This document shows, in pieces, positions 52,220 through 62,000 of a stretch of 64,000 nt of DNA. Where the stretch lies: contig CAWFGO010000001.1 of assembly GCA_963815455.1 (NCBI GenBank), positions 864,001 to 928,000 of the forward strand, given 5' to 3'. The stretch's first letter is position 1. Each line of letters starts with the position of its first letter. This stretch comes from an uncultured Verrucomicrobiae bacterium (GTDB taxonomy: Bacteria; Verrucomicrobiota; Verrucomicrobiia; Chthoniobacterales; UBA10450). The notes under the pieces were generated by a model, which was not told the origin of the DNA, ran no database searches, and saw nothing but the letters and a program-made list of their open reading frames with translations. Position numbers and translations under genes: made by a program.

Positions 52220-52738
52220 ATGCGCCGTCTTTTCATTTTGCTGCTCGCCGTTTTTCCAGCGACCTCGTCGCTGCGCGCGGCCGATGAGTTACTACCCCCG
52301 TTCGGCTTTCGCTGGAACGATTCCATTTCCCGCGTGGAAGCGGTGCTGAAGGGGGCAAAAGCAAAGGTCGTATTGCGGCAGAAAAAAGAAGGCCGCGATG
52401 TTTGGACGGTGGAGGGGCTCGTTCATCCCGGCTTGAAGCAAACCCTCTTCACATTCAAGAACCGTGGTCTCTACGGCGTGGAATTGCTCTACGAATACGA
52501 TCGCCCCATTGAGTGGTACAACCAGCGGATGGGGGAAATCCGCAAGTATTTCGATGAAAAATACGGGACCGGGAAGTTGGTCTCTCGTACCCGCGATACC
52601 GATACCGACGTTGTTCAAACCCTGGTCGGATACCAGTGGATGGTGGGAGCCACCATGCTTCAGCTATTTTATTTCTCGGCCGAACGCGGGCCCGACCACG
52701 TCTACCGCGCGATCTCAGTTACCTACAAGGCGCTTTGA
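52220..52738 (+). CDS. Hypothetical secreted protein
   Basis: Signal peptide MRRLFILLLAVF…LRA, then PPFGFRWN; typical codon style. Confidence 0.7.
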   Translation: MRRLFILLLAVFPATSSLRAADELLPPFGFRWNDSISRVEAVLKGAKAKVVLRQKKEGRDVWTVEGLVHPGLKQTLFTFKNRGLYGVELLYEYDRPIEWYNQRMGEIRKYFDEKYGTGKLVSRTRDTDTDVVQTLVGYQWMVGATMLQLFYFSAERGPDHVYRAISVTYKAL

Positions 52739-52768
52739 TCGTTATCCCGCTTAGCCCGGATGTTGTAG

Positions 52769-53377
52769 CTACAGCGTTGTCTCGCTGACCACCGATTCCA
52801 GATCTTTTTTCCGAATTGGCTGTCCGCGTTTTGTTTGCTTTTGCAGCCGCTTCAACCGGCTCGATAAAGCAGCCTTCGCGGCGGAATTCATTCGATCGAT
52901 GAAAAGAATCCCGTTGAGATGATCCACTTCATGTTGAATCGCCCGGGCCAGCAACCCACCCGCTTCGATCTCGATCATTTCCCCCTCCGGCGTCTCCGCG
53001 CGCGCGATCACCGATTTTGCACGCTCAATATCACCGGTGATTTCGGGAAAACTTAAGCAACCCTCCAGGCCAATCTCGGTTTCATCGGTCAGCGCAATCT
53101 CCGGATTAATCAGCACAATCGGCATCGCGCTCTTTGGATCGACCTCTTCGCCGTTCAACTTCATCGTGCTCGGCCGGTCTTCCACCTGGGAAATGTCGAT
53201 GACGGTGAGCTGAAGGGCTTCGCCGACTTGCTGCGCGGCCAGACCCACGCCGTTCGCCGCGTGCATGGTCTCGATCATGTTTTGCACCAGCTCGCGAATG
53301 CGATTGTCGATCTTGTCCACGCGCTTTCCTTTCGTCCGCAGGACCGGATCGCCGTACTGCACGATCGACAACTTCAT
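52769..53377 (-). CDS. def: Peptide deformylase
   Basis: GVGLAAQQVG, EGCLS, QHEVDHLNG. Confidence 0.96.
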   Translation of the reverse strand: MKLSIVQYGDPVLRTKGKRVDKIDNRIRELVQNMIETMHAANGVGLAAQQVGEALQLTVIDISQVEDRPSTMKLNGEEVDPKSAMPIVLINPEIALTDETEIGLEGCLSFPEITGDIERAKSVIARAETPEGEMIEIEAGGLLARAIQHEVDHLNGILFIDRMNSAAKAALSSRLKRLQKQTKRGQPIRKKDLESVVSETTL

Positions 53378-53784
53378 TTCTCGATCGTGTTGGTGAAGGC
53401 CGGCAGGTTCTTCACCCCGGCGAGTTTCAACGCGTCCATTATTCTAATGATCATCCCGAACGACGCCTTTTTATCGGCTTGCAGAGCCAGCGTCGATTTG
53501 CGATCTCCAGGCAAATCACGAATGGCGGTCTCCAATTCTTCCACAGTCACAGTGCGCCCATCCAACTTAATGTCGTCGTTTTCATCCACGCTCACGATGG
53601 CATGCTCGAGCTCGGCCGGCGCTTTCGTTGCGGTCTTGGATTCCGGCAGATTTATCTTCACCTCCGGCTGTTCCTTCTTGAACGTGGTGGTGACGACAAA
53701 AAAGATCAGCAGGATCGTGAGAATATCTACCAGCGAAACAATGATGATGGCCGGCGCCCGCCGCTTCTTAACCGCGAATTTCAT
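53374..53784 (-). CDS. ExbD/TolR family protein
   Basis: SLVDILTILLIFFVVTT, LQADK. Confidence 0.88.
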   Translation of the reverse strand: MKFAVKKRRAPAIIIVSLVDILTILLIFFVVTTTFKKEQPEVKINLPESKTATKAPAELEHAIVSVDENDDIKLDGRTVTVEELETAIRDLPGDRKSTLALQADKKASFGMIIRIMDALKLAGVKNLPAFTNTIEK

Positions 53785-53806
53785 GACGGGAAACGAAGTT
53801 CAACTC

Positions 53807-54532
53807 TCACGCGACCGGCTCGCGGGCCGGAGCCGGCATCGACGGTTTGACCGCAGGCTGCGGAATCTGACCAGCAAAGCGGCCGTAATAACACTTGGCA
53901 ATGAGATCAGCCACGAGTGATTCCATTTCCACCGACATTGCCTCAACTTTCTTTGAAAAATAACTGAACGCGATCAGGCTCGGCACGGCGATGCACAAGC
54001 CGAAAATCGTTGTGTTGAGCGCTTCCGAAATTCCGAGGGCGATTCCTTTGGTATCCGACGCAGCCACGCTCAATCCCAAATGCGAAAAGACATGCACCAA
54101 TCCGGAAACGGTCCCGAGAAGTCCGAGCAGCGGCGCGATGCCCGTAATCACTTCCAACACAACCAGCCCGCGCTCCAGCCTGACTATTTCCTGGCGGGCG
54201 CGCGTTTGCACCGCCTCGATGTTTTCCGCGCGAGGCCAGCGCAAATGTTGCAAGGCGACGCGAGCAATGCGCCCGAGCGCCGAGGGGTCATGATGAACAA
54301 TTCGAGCCAGTCGCTCAGGATTCGCCCCCGGCACGAGCCGCTCAATTTCGCTCTCGATCGTCGGCGGCATCACGCTCCTTTCGCGCAATGCGATGCCGCG
54401 CAAAATAATCGTCGTGACTGAGACAACCGAGCAAATCAACAGCGGCCACATGAACAGACCGCCCCGGGCAAAAAAGGCCGTCATCGTGTGCAGCGTGCCC
54501 GACACTTCAGCAATCATCCAGGCGGCGATCAT
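53807..54532 (-). CDS. MotA/TolQ/ExbB proton channel protein
   Basis: GIAPLLGLLGTVSG, GISEALNTTIFGL. Confidence 0.9.
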   Translation of the reverse strand: MIAAWMIAEVSGTLHTMTAFFARGGLFMWPLLICSVVSVTTIILRGIALRERSVMPPTIESEIERLVPGANPERLARIVHHDPSALGRIARVALQHLRWPRAENIEAVQTRARQEIVRLERGLVVLEVITGIAPLLGLLGTVSGLVHVFSHLGLSVAASDTKGIALGISEALNTTIFGLCIAVPSLIAFSYFSKKVEAMSVEMESLVADLIAKCYYGRFAGQIPQPAVKPSMPAPAREPVA

Positions 54533-55507
54533 CTAGTTAGCGTAAATGGTAAACGACATGTCTTCTTCCAAACCCTCAGGAGGCAGCGTGCTGGCCACGT
54601 CTTCCGGAATGGGCGGGAGCTGAATTTCGAGCACGGATTGCAGGCACACGTTGGCAAAAGCTTCGTTCGAACTGTTATCGACGACCTTCAGATTCGCCAC
54701 CCGGCCGCTCCGGTCAACCGAAAAGACCAGCCGGGCCGTGCCGATGCTGATCAAATCCCGGTCCCGACCCACATATAAATACCAGCGGGAGCCGACCGCG
54801 TCGTAGAGTTGCTTCTGGTAACGGCCGAGCGGCGTGGCCACGGCGTTGACCGACGATCTCCCGCGATTGCTGATGTTTCCGGCTATGCGTGTCTGCTGTT
54901 TCTCGGGGCGATATGCGGTCTTTGGCGGTTGCGCCTTGGCCGGCGTCGCTTTCTCGATCGGCGGCGGTGTCGGCGATTTGGTCAGCAAGGCGAACTGGTC
55001 CTGGCCCGGCGTGGGCACTGCGGTCGGCGCTTGAGATGGCTGGGGCGTTTGCATGGGCGGCGCGCTCGGCTGCGGCTGCGCGCCATCAACGGCCAGAGAG
55101 TGCTGTTGCGTCTGCATCTCAAGAAAGGGCCGCTCTTTGCCCTCTTGCGACGGCAACGGCGCCGAACCGGTCGCAGCAACTTCGCTCGCACCGACAGAAT
55201 TAGCGTTCGATTCGAATGTCTTCTCGGTCGGCTCGGCTGTCTGCTTCGATTCGTCATTCTCGATGAACATCGAATTCTTCGGCACAATCGGCGCCGGCGT
55301 AGCCAGATCGACGAAGGTCAGCTCGATCGGTTTTTCTTCGGCCGGGAACGCCGGCGACAGCGCGCCGCTCCAGGCCGCCAGCGAAAAAGCCACTAAGAGA
55401 TGAAGAAAAAGCGCGGCCAGGAATGCCCACAGAACTTTCCGGACTTCCTGTTTTCTTTCCGCCGCGTCATCTGCGGAATGGTCAATGATGAACTCCGCCG
55501 TGCTCAT
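54533..55507 (-). CDS. TonB/TolA-like energy transducer
   Basis: N-terminal TM with His (ALFLHLL), Pro-rich linker, TonB-C-like domain (FSVDRSGRV). Confidence 0.72.
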   Translation of the reverse strand: MSTAEFIIDHSADDAAERKQEVRKVLWAFLAALFLHLLVAFSLAAWSGALSPAFPAEEKPIELTFVDLATPAPIVPKNSMFIENDESKQTAEPTEKTFESNANSVGASEVAATGSAPLPSQEGKERPFLEMQTQQHSLAVDGAQPQPSAPPMQTPQPSQAPTAVPTPGQDQFALLTKSPTPPPIEKATPAKAQPPKTAYRPEKQQTRIAGNISNRGRSSVNAVATPLGRYQKQLYDAVGSRWYLYVGRDRDLISIGTARLVFSVDRSGRVANLKVVDNSSNEAFANVCLQSVLEIQLPPIPEDVASTLPPEGLEEDMSFTIYAN

Positions 55508-55525
55508 GAATCTGGAGGGCGAACA

Positions 55526-56677
55526 TTATCTCAGCCGCGACGGTGTGACAAACGACCTGCCTTTCTCCGACGACTCGGGTGAACCGCCCCTACCTTTGCC
55601 CTTATTACCCCTAAGGCAGGGACGATTCACCGGAATCGCCCGTTTCCGGCTCTTTCTGGCATGATGAAACAAATACTGCTGGGCATACCCTCCGTGTTCA
55701 CCAAAGTATTCTTGTGTGAACACCTGAAGCCGCGATGCGTTCAATTTTGGTGTGCGCGGAAAATAATTCTCCCGCAGGACACGCTCGATCCAGACGTCGA
55801 TTGGAAACGCCCGAAGGCGCTCGTAGGCAAAAAGCATCACACAGTTAGCAACCTTTGCGCCCACGCCCGGGAGCTGGCACAGCCTGGCCCGAAGATCGAC
55901 ATCGGATAATGCCGCGATCTGTCCTAGATCGACCTCTCCATTCGCCACCAGCCGGGCTGTCCCGAGCAGATTCTTGGCCCGATAACCGAGCGCGCATTCA
56001 CGCAGTTCTTGTTCGGAACTTTGGGCCAGCCGCCCCGCGGTAGGAAACGTGTAGACCGTGTGCTTATTGGTGGATCGAGCAGTCCTCAATGCCGGTCCGG
56101 CTCGGACCTCGATGTTAACAAATGTCGGCGAAGCCGAGTCGATTAGCATCGTCCGCGGAGCGGTCGATCCACCCTGCCGATTCTGAATCGAATCCTGAAA
56201 AGTAAGCTTGCTCGGTTCACCGAACCGTTCCCGCAGCGCCCGGGATATTTGACGAATGTGCGCGACCTGCTTCATCGACGAACAAATAAACATCGCCAGA
56301 CACTCCCATTTTGGTTGCCGCATAATCCGCAACCCCCGGCAAAAATCGCGCGCCGCATTCATGATCGGGTCGCTCGGAAACGTCGCGCAGATCTCCGCCA
56401 ACGGATGATCGAGCGCGAAATATTTGTGAATTGTGGCATGGGCATCGTGCCCATGTCTTTGTCCACATCGGCTGGAAGCCGATGCCACTTTCGCGCGCAG
56501 CGTTCCACCAACCTGCTCGACATAAGCCGGAACATCTCCAATCGTTCCCACAAATCCGTTGCCTGCGACGCCGTAGCCGCGCGAAGGCGCGTTGATCTTC
56601 TCCCAGTGGAAGACCTGGCCGGAATCGAGCGTTTTCGCGAGATCGAAGTCAGGCGCGTCAATTTCAATGACATTCAT
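55526..56677 (-). CDS. 8-oxoguanine DNA glycosylase (OGG1-like, HhH-GPD) carrying three in-frame repeat insertions
   Basis: DLAKTLDSGQVFHW, GLRIMRQPKWE…FICS, LGYRA, LPGVGAKVANCV…FPIDVWI, GGYAQQYLF. Confidence 0.88.
   Translation of the reverse strand: MNVIEIDAPDFDLAKTLDSGQVFHWEKINAPSRGYGVAGNGFVGTIGDVPAYVEQVGGTLRAKVASASSRCGQRHGHDAHATIHKYFALDHPLAEICATFPSDPIMNAARDFCRGLRIMRQPKWECLAMFICSSMKQVAHIRQISRALRERFGEPSKLTFQDSIQNRQGGSTAPRTMLIDSASPTFVNIEVRAGPALRTARSTNKHTVYTFPTAGRLAQSSEQELRECALGYRAKNLLGTARLVANGEVDLGQIAALSDVDLRARLCQLPGVGAKVANCVMLFAYERLRAFPIDVWIERVLRENYFPRTPKLNASRLQVFTQEYFGEHGGYAQQYLFHHARKSRKRAIPVNRPCLRGNKGKGRGGSPESSEKGRSFVTPSRLR
56069..56173. repeat. 105-bp palindromic element inside the glycosylase gene
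   Basis: Terminal IR GGTGGATCGA/TCGATCCACC, inner stems CGATGTTAA/TTAGCATCG and TCGGC-GAA-GCCGA. Confidence 0.8.
56433..56488. repeat. GTGG-tagged REP doublet inside the glycosylase gene
   Basis: GTGGCATGGGCATCGTGCCCATG-N9-CATCGGCTGGAAGCCGATGCCAC. Confidence 0.85.
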
Positions 56678-56691
56678 CGGAGAGTGTTTTC

Positions 56692-56885
56692 GCCACAGAT
56701 TAACACCCGCCTTCGCCGGAAGCTACGGCGCGGCAGGCGAATGAATGGAGCGAATGGCATGAGCAACATAGAAGGCAAAGCCGCGACGGGTAGCGGCGAG
56801 CAAGTCGGGAGACGAGCGAGTTTCAAACACGGATGACGTGATTCGGATGGGAATTTATCCGTGTGAATCCGTGTTCATCTGTGGC
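56692..56885. repeat. Element bounded by GCCACAGAT(T/G)AACAC inverted repeats, containing a family 2 copy (56706-56738)
   Basis: Left GCCACAGATTAACAC; right ATCCGTGTGAATCCGTGTTCATCTGTGGC. Confidence 0.65.
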
Positions 56886-56899
56886 TAAGTAAGCCCGAC

Positions 56900-58508
56900 A
56901 TGGACGCCCGGCTGGCCATCGATAGCGCGGTTCTTCTTCTCTATTTCATTACCATCATTTCCATCGGCCTTTACATGGGCCGAAAAGAGGAAAGCCTGGC
57001 CGATTTCGCCCTTGGCGGCCGGCGCATTCCGTGGTGGGCGGTGCTGGCATCACTGGTGGCGGCCGAAACCAGCGCCGGCACATTTTTCGGTACGCCCGGC
57101 GAAGGATTCGCGCTGCGCAATTACACCTACTTGCAGCTCGCGTTCGGCACGATCATCGGACGCATCCTGGTCAGTTACATTTTCATCAAACCTTATTACG
57201 ACTACAAAGTCTTCTCGATCTACGAATATCTGACAGCGCGCTTCGGCGTCGCGAGCAAGAATGCGGCTTCCGCTGTTTTCATGATTACGCGCCTGCTCGC
57301 GTCCGGAGCGCGATTGTATGTGGCGGCCATCGCACTCGCTCTGGCCTACGAAATGATCAGCGGCACGCGACCAAACCAAACTCAAACTCTCTGGATCTAC
57401 ATCGGAGCCACGATTGCCATCGTCATTCTCACCGCGGTTTATACCACGTTCGGTGGAATCAAGGCCGTCATCTGGACCGATCTGATTCAAGCCTCGATCA
57501 TGATTGGCAGCGCATTGATCGCGCTGGGCCTGCTTTACTCGGCCATTCCCGGCGGCTGGCACGAAATTGTGCAACGCCACGGCCCATTCCAGTTCTCGGA
57601 TCTGATCGCAACCGGTCTCGATCCCGCCAGGCACGGGTGGGATCAAGTAAAGGGCATGTTCGAAACCGAATACACAATTTTTGCCGGCCTGATCGGGGCT
57701 GCGTTTATCACAATGGGCACACACGGCACCGACCAGGACATGGTGCAGCGAATGTTGACCGCGAAGGATATTCGCCGAAGCCGGCGCTCCCTCATTTTTT
57801 CAGGGCTCGCCGACATCCCGATCGCGTTCACGTTTCTCAGCATCGGATTGCTGCTCTGGGTTTATTATCAGGCTCATCCCGACCCGACATTGTCGAAAAC
57901 GCCGAACGAAACGTTCTGCCACTTCATTCTCTATCAAATGCCCGTGGGTCTTCGCGGGCTACTCATCGCCGGAATCTTTGCCACCGCCATGGGCTCGCTC
58001 AGCACAGCGTTGAACGCGCTCGCCACCAGTTTCACTCGTGATTGGTACGAGCCCTACATCAATCCCGGAGCGACCGACGAACAGAGCTTGCGCGCAGTGC
58101 GCTGGGCCACGGTGTGGTTTTCTGTCCTGATGATCATCGTTGCATCGACAACGGCCTATCTCGTCATCGTGCATCCCAACGTCCGGATCATTCCGATCGT
58201 GCTCGGAATTTTCGGCTACACCTACGGCTCGCTGCTCGGCGTCTTTTTCGCCGGAATGCTAACCAAGCGCCGCGGAAACGACCGCGGCAACATCATCGCC
58301 ATGATCTGCGGCTTCGTTGTTGTCGCCATCCTGAGCGGCTTGCCGAATAAGATTGCCGGACCTGGTCGGCGCGAAGCTTTACCAACAGCCCAGCTGGCTC
58401 CCGGTAATGGAATTTCCGTGGTGGATTTGTTTCGGAACAATCGTCACTTTTTCGGTGGCGATTCTTTTCCGGACTGGCCGTGAGCATCACCCGCCAGTCT
58501 CAAGTTGA
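56900..58508 (+). CDS. Sodium:solute symporter family protein, frameshift near 58361
   Basis: LGGRRIPWWAV…ETSA, FGGIKAVIWTD, GTDQDMVQR, AMGSLST. The last TM (MEFPWWICFGTIVTFSVAILF) is in another frame, ending at TGA 58508. Confidence 0.88.
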
Positions 58509-58568
58509 GCGTTGGACGTTTACTCTGAAATCGGCCACGGCTTATCCGATTCGACAACAGAAGGCAAA

Positions 58569-58645
58569 ATGATCAACGAACTCGATGACATAATTCTTAG
58601 TCGCGACCTGCCGGAGCACGGTTTGAGCGCGGGTGATATCGGGAT
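58569..58645 (+). pseudogene. Truncated DUF4926-family gene remnant
   Basis: MINELDDIILSRDLPEHGLSAGDIG matches the DUF4926 N-terminus as I recall it, then breaks into repeat sequence. Confidence 0.65.
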
Positions 58646-58744
58646 CCATTTTCCTGGGTTCCTGCTTTCCTGATTCAATCTGCGTTAATCTGCGAAATCT
58701 GCGGTCTCTCACCAACTCAGTCTGATGCGGCTGAGGACAGCCGA

Positions 58745-60514
58745 CTACACCTTCTTGTCGGCCAGTTTGATTCCCAAATCGCGCAACTGGCGCGGATCGA
58801 CATCGGCCGGCGATTGCGACATCAGGTCCATGCCGCGATTGTTTTTTGGGAAAGCCATGACGTCACGGATCGATTCTTCGCCGCAGACGAGCATGACTAG
58901 GCGATCGAGCCCGAGGGCGATTCCACCGTGGGGCGGCGCACCGAGACGAAATGCCCGGAGCAAATGGCCGAACATCGATTGTCGATCTTCGGCGCTGATG
59001 CCGAGCGCCTCGAACATTTTCTCCTGCAAGTCCGGCTCGAAGATTCGCATGCTGCCGCCGCCGATCTCGACCCCGTTCAAAACCACGTCGTAGGCTTCGG
59101 CCCGGATTTCGCCGAACTTCTTCGCTTCGAGCAACGGCATGTCCTCCGCTTTCGGCCGCGTGAACGGATGATGGACGGCGTTCCACTTGTTTTCCTCGGC
59201 ACTGAACTGCAGCAGCGGGAAATCGGTTACCCAGAGAAAATCGAGGCGCTCAGGATCAATATTCAACTTCTGCATCTCGGCGATTCGTAAGCGCAGCCGT
59301 CCGAGCACTTCGCAGGCGATCTCCCATTTATCGGCCGCGAACAGGATCAAATCGCCTTCTTCGACGTTTAGTTTCGATTGCAGCGCCGCCTTCTCCGCAT
59401 CGCTGAAGAATTTCACGATGGGCGACTTCCATTCGCCGCCTTCCACCTTGATGAAAGCGAGTCCCTTCGCGCCGAAAACCTTCGCGATCTCGGTCAGTTC
59501 GTCGCTCTGGCCAATTGTCAGCTTCGCAAAATTCTTCGCGTTGATCGCTTTTACTACGCCGCCGGCGTCGAGCGCTCCCCGGAAAACTTTGAAGCTGCTT
59601 GCCTTAAAATCTTCTCCAAGATCGACAAGCTCCATCCCAAACCGGCGGTCCGGTTTGTCGCTGCCGAATCGGCCAACCGCTTCGCGATAAGTCAGCCGGT
59701 CAAACGGCGTCTTGATGTCGATCTTGCGCGTGGCCTTGAAGATTGCCGCCAGCATTCCTTCAGTGAGCGCGTAAATGTCGTCCGGCTCGACAAACGAGGC
59801 TTCGATGTCGATCTGGGTAAACTCGGGCTGCCGGTCGGCCCGCAGGTCCTCGTCCCGAAAACATTTCGCGATCTGGAAATATTTTTCGACTCCGGCCACC
59901 ATGAGCAGCTGTTTGTATTGCTGCGGAGCCTGCGGGAGCGCGTAAAATTTTCCCGGCGTCAATCGGCTCGGGACCAAAAAATCGCGCGCACCCTCCGGCG
60001 TGCTCTTGGACAGAATCGGCGTTTCGACTTCGATGTATCCCTGACTATCGAGGAAGTCCCGCGTTGCTTTGGTGATCTGATGCCGCATCCGCAAATTGCG
60101 CGCGAGGTGCGGGCGCCGCAGATCGAAATACCGATAGGTTAGCCGCAGGTCTTCGTTGTGGATTTCTGCGTCGATCGGGAATGGCAAATCGTCAGCCCGA
60201 TTCAAAATCTTCAATTCGTGCGGGACGACTTCAATATCGCCGGTCGGAAGTTTTGGATTCTCCGTGCCCGGCACTCGCGCGGCCACGGGCCCGGTGACTT
60301 TAATTACGTCCTCGCTGCGCAAACTATGCGCTTGTTTTGCGACCTCAGCATTCTCTTCCGGACGGAAGACAACCTGGGTCAGACCCTCGCGGTCGCGCAG
60401 GTCGATAAAGATGACCCCGCCGTGATCGCGTGAGACGTGGACCCATCCGGCCAGCGTGACTTGCTTGCCGATGTCGGTCTTGCGAAGCGAATTACAATCG
60501 TGTGTGCGATACAT
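58745..60514 (-). CDS. aspS: Aspartate-tRNA ligase, probably non-discriminating Asp/Asn type
   Basis: MYRTHDC, RDHGGVIFIDLRD, TPEGARDF, FRDEDLRADRQPEFTQID, GAPPHGGIALGLDR. Confidence 0.96.
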   Translation of the reverse strand: MYRTHDCNSLRKTDIGKQVTLAGWVHVSRDHGGVIFIDLRDREGLTQVVFRPEENAEVAKQAHSLRSEDVIKVTGPVAARVPGTENPKLPTGDIEVVPHELKILNRADDLPFPIDAEIHNEDLRLTYRYFDLRRPHLARNLRMRHQITKATRDFLDSQGYIEVETPILSKSTPEGARDFLVPSRLTPGKFYALPQAPQQYKQLLMVAGVEKYFQIAKCFRDEDLRADRQPEFTQIDIEASFVEPDDIYALTEGMLAAIFKATRKIDIKTPFDRLTYREAVGRFGSDKPDRRFGMELVDLGEDFKASSFKVFRGALDAGGVVKAINAKNFAKLTIGQSDELTEIAKVFGAKGLAFIKVEGGEWKSPIVKFFSDAEKAALQSKLNVEEGDLILFAADKWEIACEVLGRLRLRIAEMQKLNIDPERLDFLWVTDFPLLQFSAEENKWNAVHHPFTRPKAEDMPLLEAKKFGEIRAEAYDVVLNGVEIGGGSMRIFEPDLQEKMFEALGISAEDRQSMFGHLLRAFRLGAPPHGGIALGLDRLVMLVCGEESIRDVMAFPKNNRGMDLMSQSPADVDPRQLRDLGIKLADKKV

Positions 60515-60521
60515 GTGTTTT

Positions 60522-60612
60522 GTCATTCCGAGCGAAGTCGAGGAATCCCGTTGGACCAGTTTAAGGTTCGCCGCGGGATCCTTCGACTTCGCTGCGCTGC
60601 GCTCAGGATGAC
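60522..60612. repeat. Family 1 palindromic element copy G, containing the hisS stop codon
   Basis: GTCATTCCGAGCGAAGTCGAGGAATCCCG…CGGGATCCTTCGACTTCGCTGCGCTGCGCTCAGGATGAC. Confidence 0.9.
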
Positions 60613-61853
60613 AAGCTGGATTGCGCTTGCAAGTGCGCAAGTAACTGATCTTGCGCGACCAGTCTCTCCTCTCGCGTCGCCAATGTCTTCACTTTCACCT
60701 GCGGCCATTCGTCGCCAAACAGGATTGCGATCCGCGCGCCGAGATGTTCGGCGATTTGAAACTGTTTCCCAACCTTTTCGGCCGTGAGCGGATAATCGAC
60801 TCGATAACCGCGATCACGAAGCTGCTGGATCTGGGCGAGCGCGTCGGCCCGCCGTTCCTCCTTCGCGATCACGGCGTAAATGTCGATCTTCGATCCGGCG
60901 GCGATTGCGTTTTTCATCGACTCCCGCGCGAGTGGCGTTTCGTTGATCAACTCACCGAGGACGACGTCGCCCATGGCAAAACCGAGCGCCGGCATGGAAA
61001 CCGCGTTGTCGCTGAGTTGTGCGATTAAATTGTCGTAACGTCCGCCGCCGGCGATTGCGCGGAATTTTCCCGCCCGATCGAACACTTCGAACACCATGCC
61101 GGTGTAATAAGCGAGCCCGCGAACGATCCGAACATCGACATCGACAAAATCCGCCAGCCCGCGGCTGCGCAGGCCTTCGACAACTTGATCGAGCTTCGCG
61201 CTCTTCCCGCCGCTTTTCAGAATCGCAAAAACCGAGTCGGCCAGCGGGCCGAGTTTTTCCCGCGTTTTCTCGGGCGATTCGCGTTCGGACTTATCGATTA
61301 CTTGCAGCAGTTGGTCCCAGCGATCCGGCGCGACATTTTTCTCGCGCAGAAAATCAGTCCAAAATTCCCGGTCGCTGATTCGCACTACGACATCTTTTTC
61401 GCTGAATCCAAACGCGCGCAGGATGTCGATGCAAAGGGCGACCAACTCGATATCCGCCGCGACCGCGGTTTCGCCGACGACGTCGCAGTTCAACTGATAA
61501 TGCTCGCGCAATCGGCCGCGTTGTTGCTTTTCGTAACGAAAGAATTGGCCAATGGAAAACCACTTGAGCGGTTTCTTGAATTCTCGTTCGTGCGCGGCGA
61601 CCACGCGGGCAAGCGTAGGCGTCAGCTCGGGACGCATGGCGACCTCGCGTTCGCCTTTATCGGTAAAATTGAAGAGTTGATCGACAATCTCGCCGCCGCT
61701 TTTTTTTCGATAAAGATCGGTCGGTTCCAAAATGGGACCGTCCCATTCGACGAAACCGTACCTGCGGGCGACTTCGCGCCACCGTTCGAAAATGTAATTT
61801 CGCGCGGCACAATCCGCAGGCAGAAAATCGCGAAAACCGGGTAAACGATCCAT
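60603..61853 (-). CDS. hisS: Histidine-tRNA ligase
   Basis: GFRDF, RPELT, FRYEKQQRGRLREHYQ, VRGLAYYTG, GGGRYD. Confidence 0.96.
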   Translation of the reverse strand: MDRLPGFRDFLPADCAARNYIFERWREVARRYGFVEWDGPILEPTDLYRKKSGGEIVDQLFNFTDKGEREVAMRPELTPTLARVVAAHEREFKKPLKWFSIGQFFRYEKQQRGRLREHYQLNCDVVGETAVAADIELVALCIDILRAFGFSEKDVVVRISDREFWTDFLREKNVAPDRWDQLLQVIDKSERESPEKTREKLGPLADSVFAILKSGGKSAKLDQVVEGLRSRGLADFVDVDVRIVRGLAYYTGMVFEVFDRAGKFRAIAGGGRYDNLIAQLSDNAVSMPALGFAMGDVVLGELINETPLARESMKNAIAAGSKIDIYAVIAKEERRADALAQIQQLRDRGYRVDYPLTAEKVGKQFQIAEHLGARIAILFGDEWPQVKVKTLATREERLVAQDQLLAHLQAQSSLSS

Positions 61854-62000
61854 AGCTCAGGAACGGAAGAATAGCGCCGCCATACAGCCGCGCCCGCCAC
61901 CATTCACGAATCCAAGATAGAATCGGGCGAGCTCCAGGCCGGAGCAATAGGTTACAGGCACGGCGGGGCGCATCCGTTTAACCAAAGCAGAGGGACAAAT

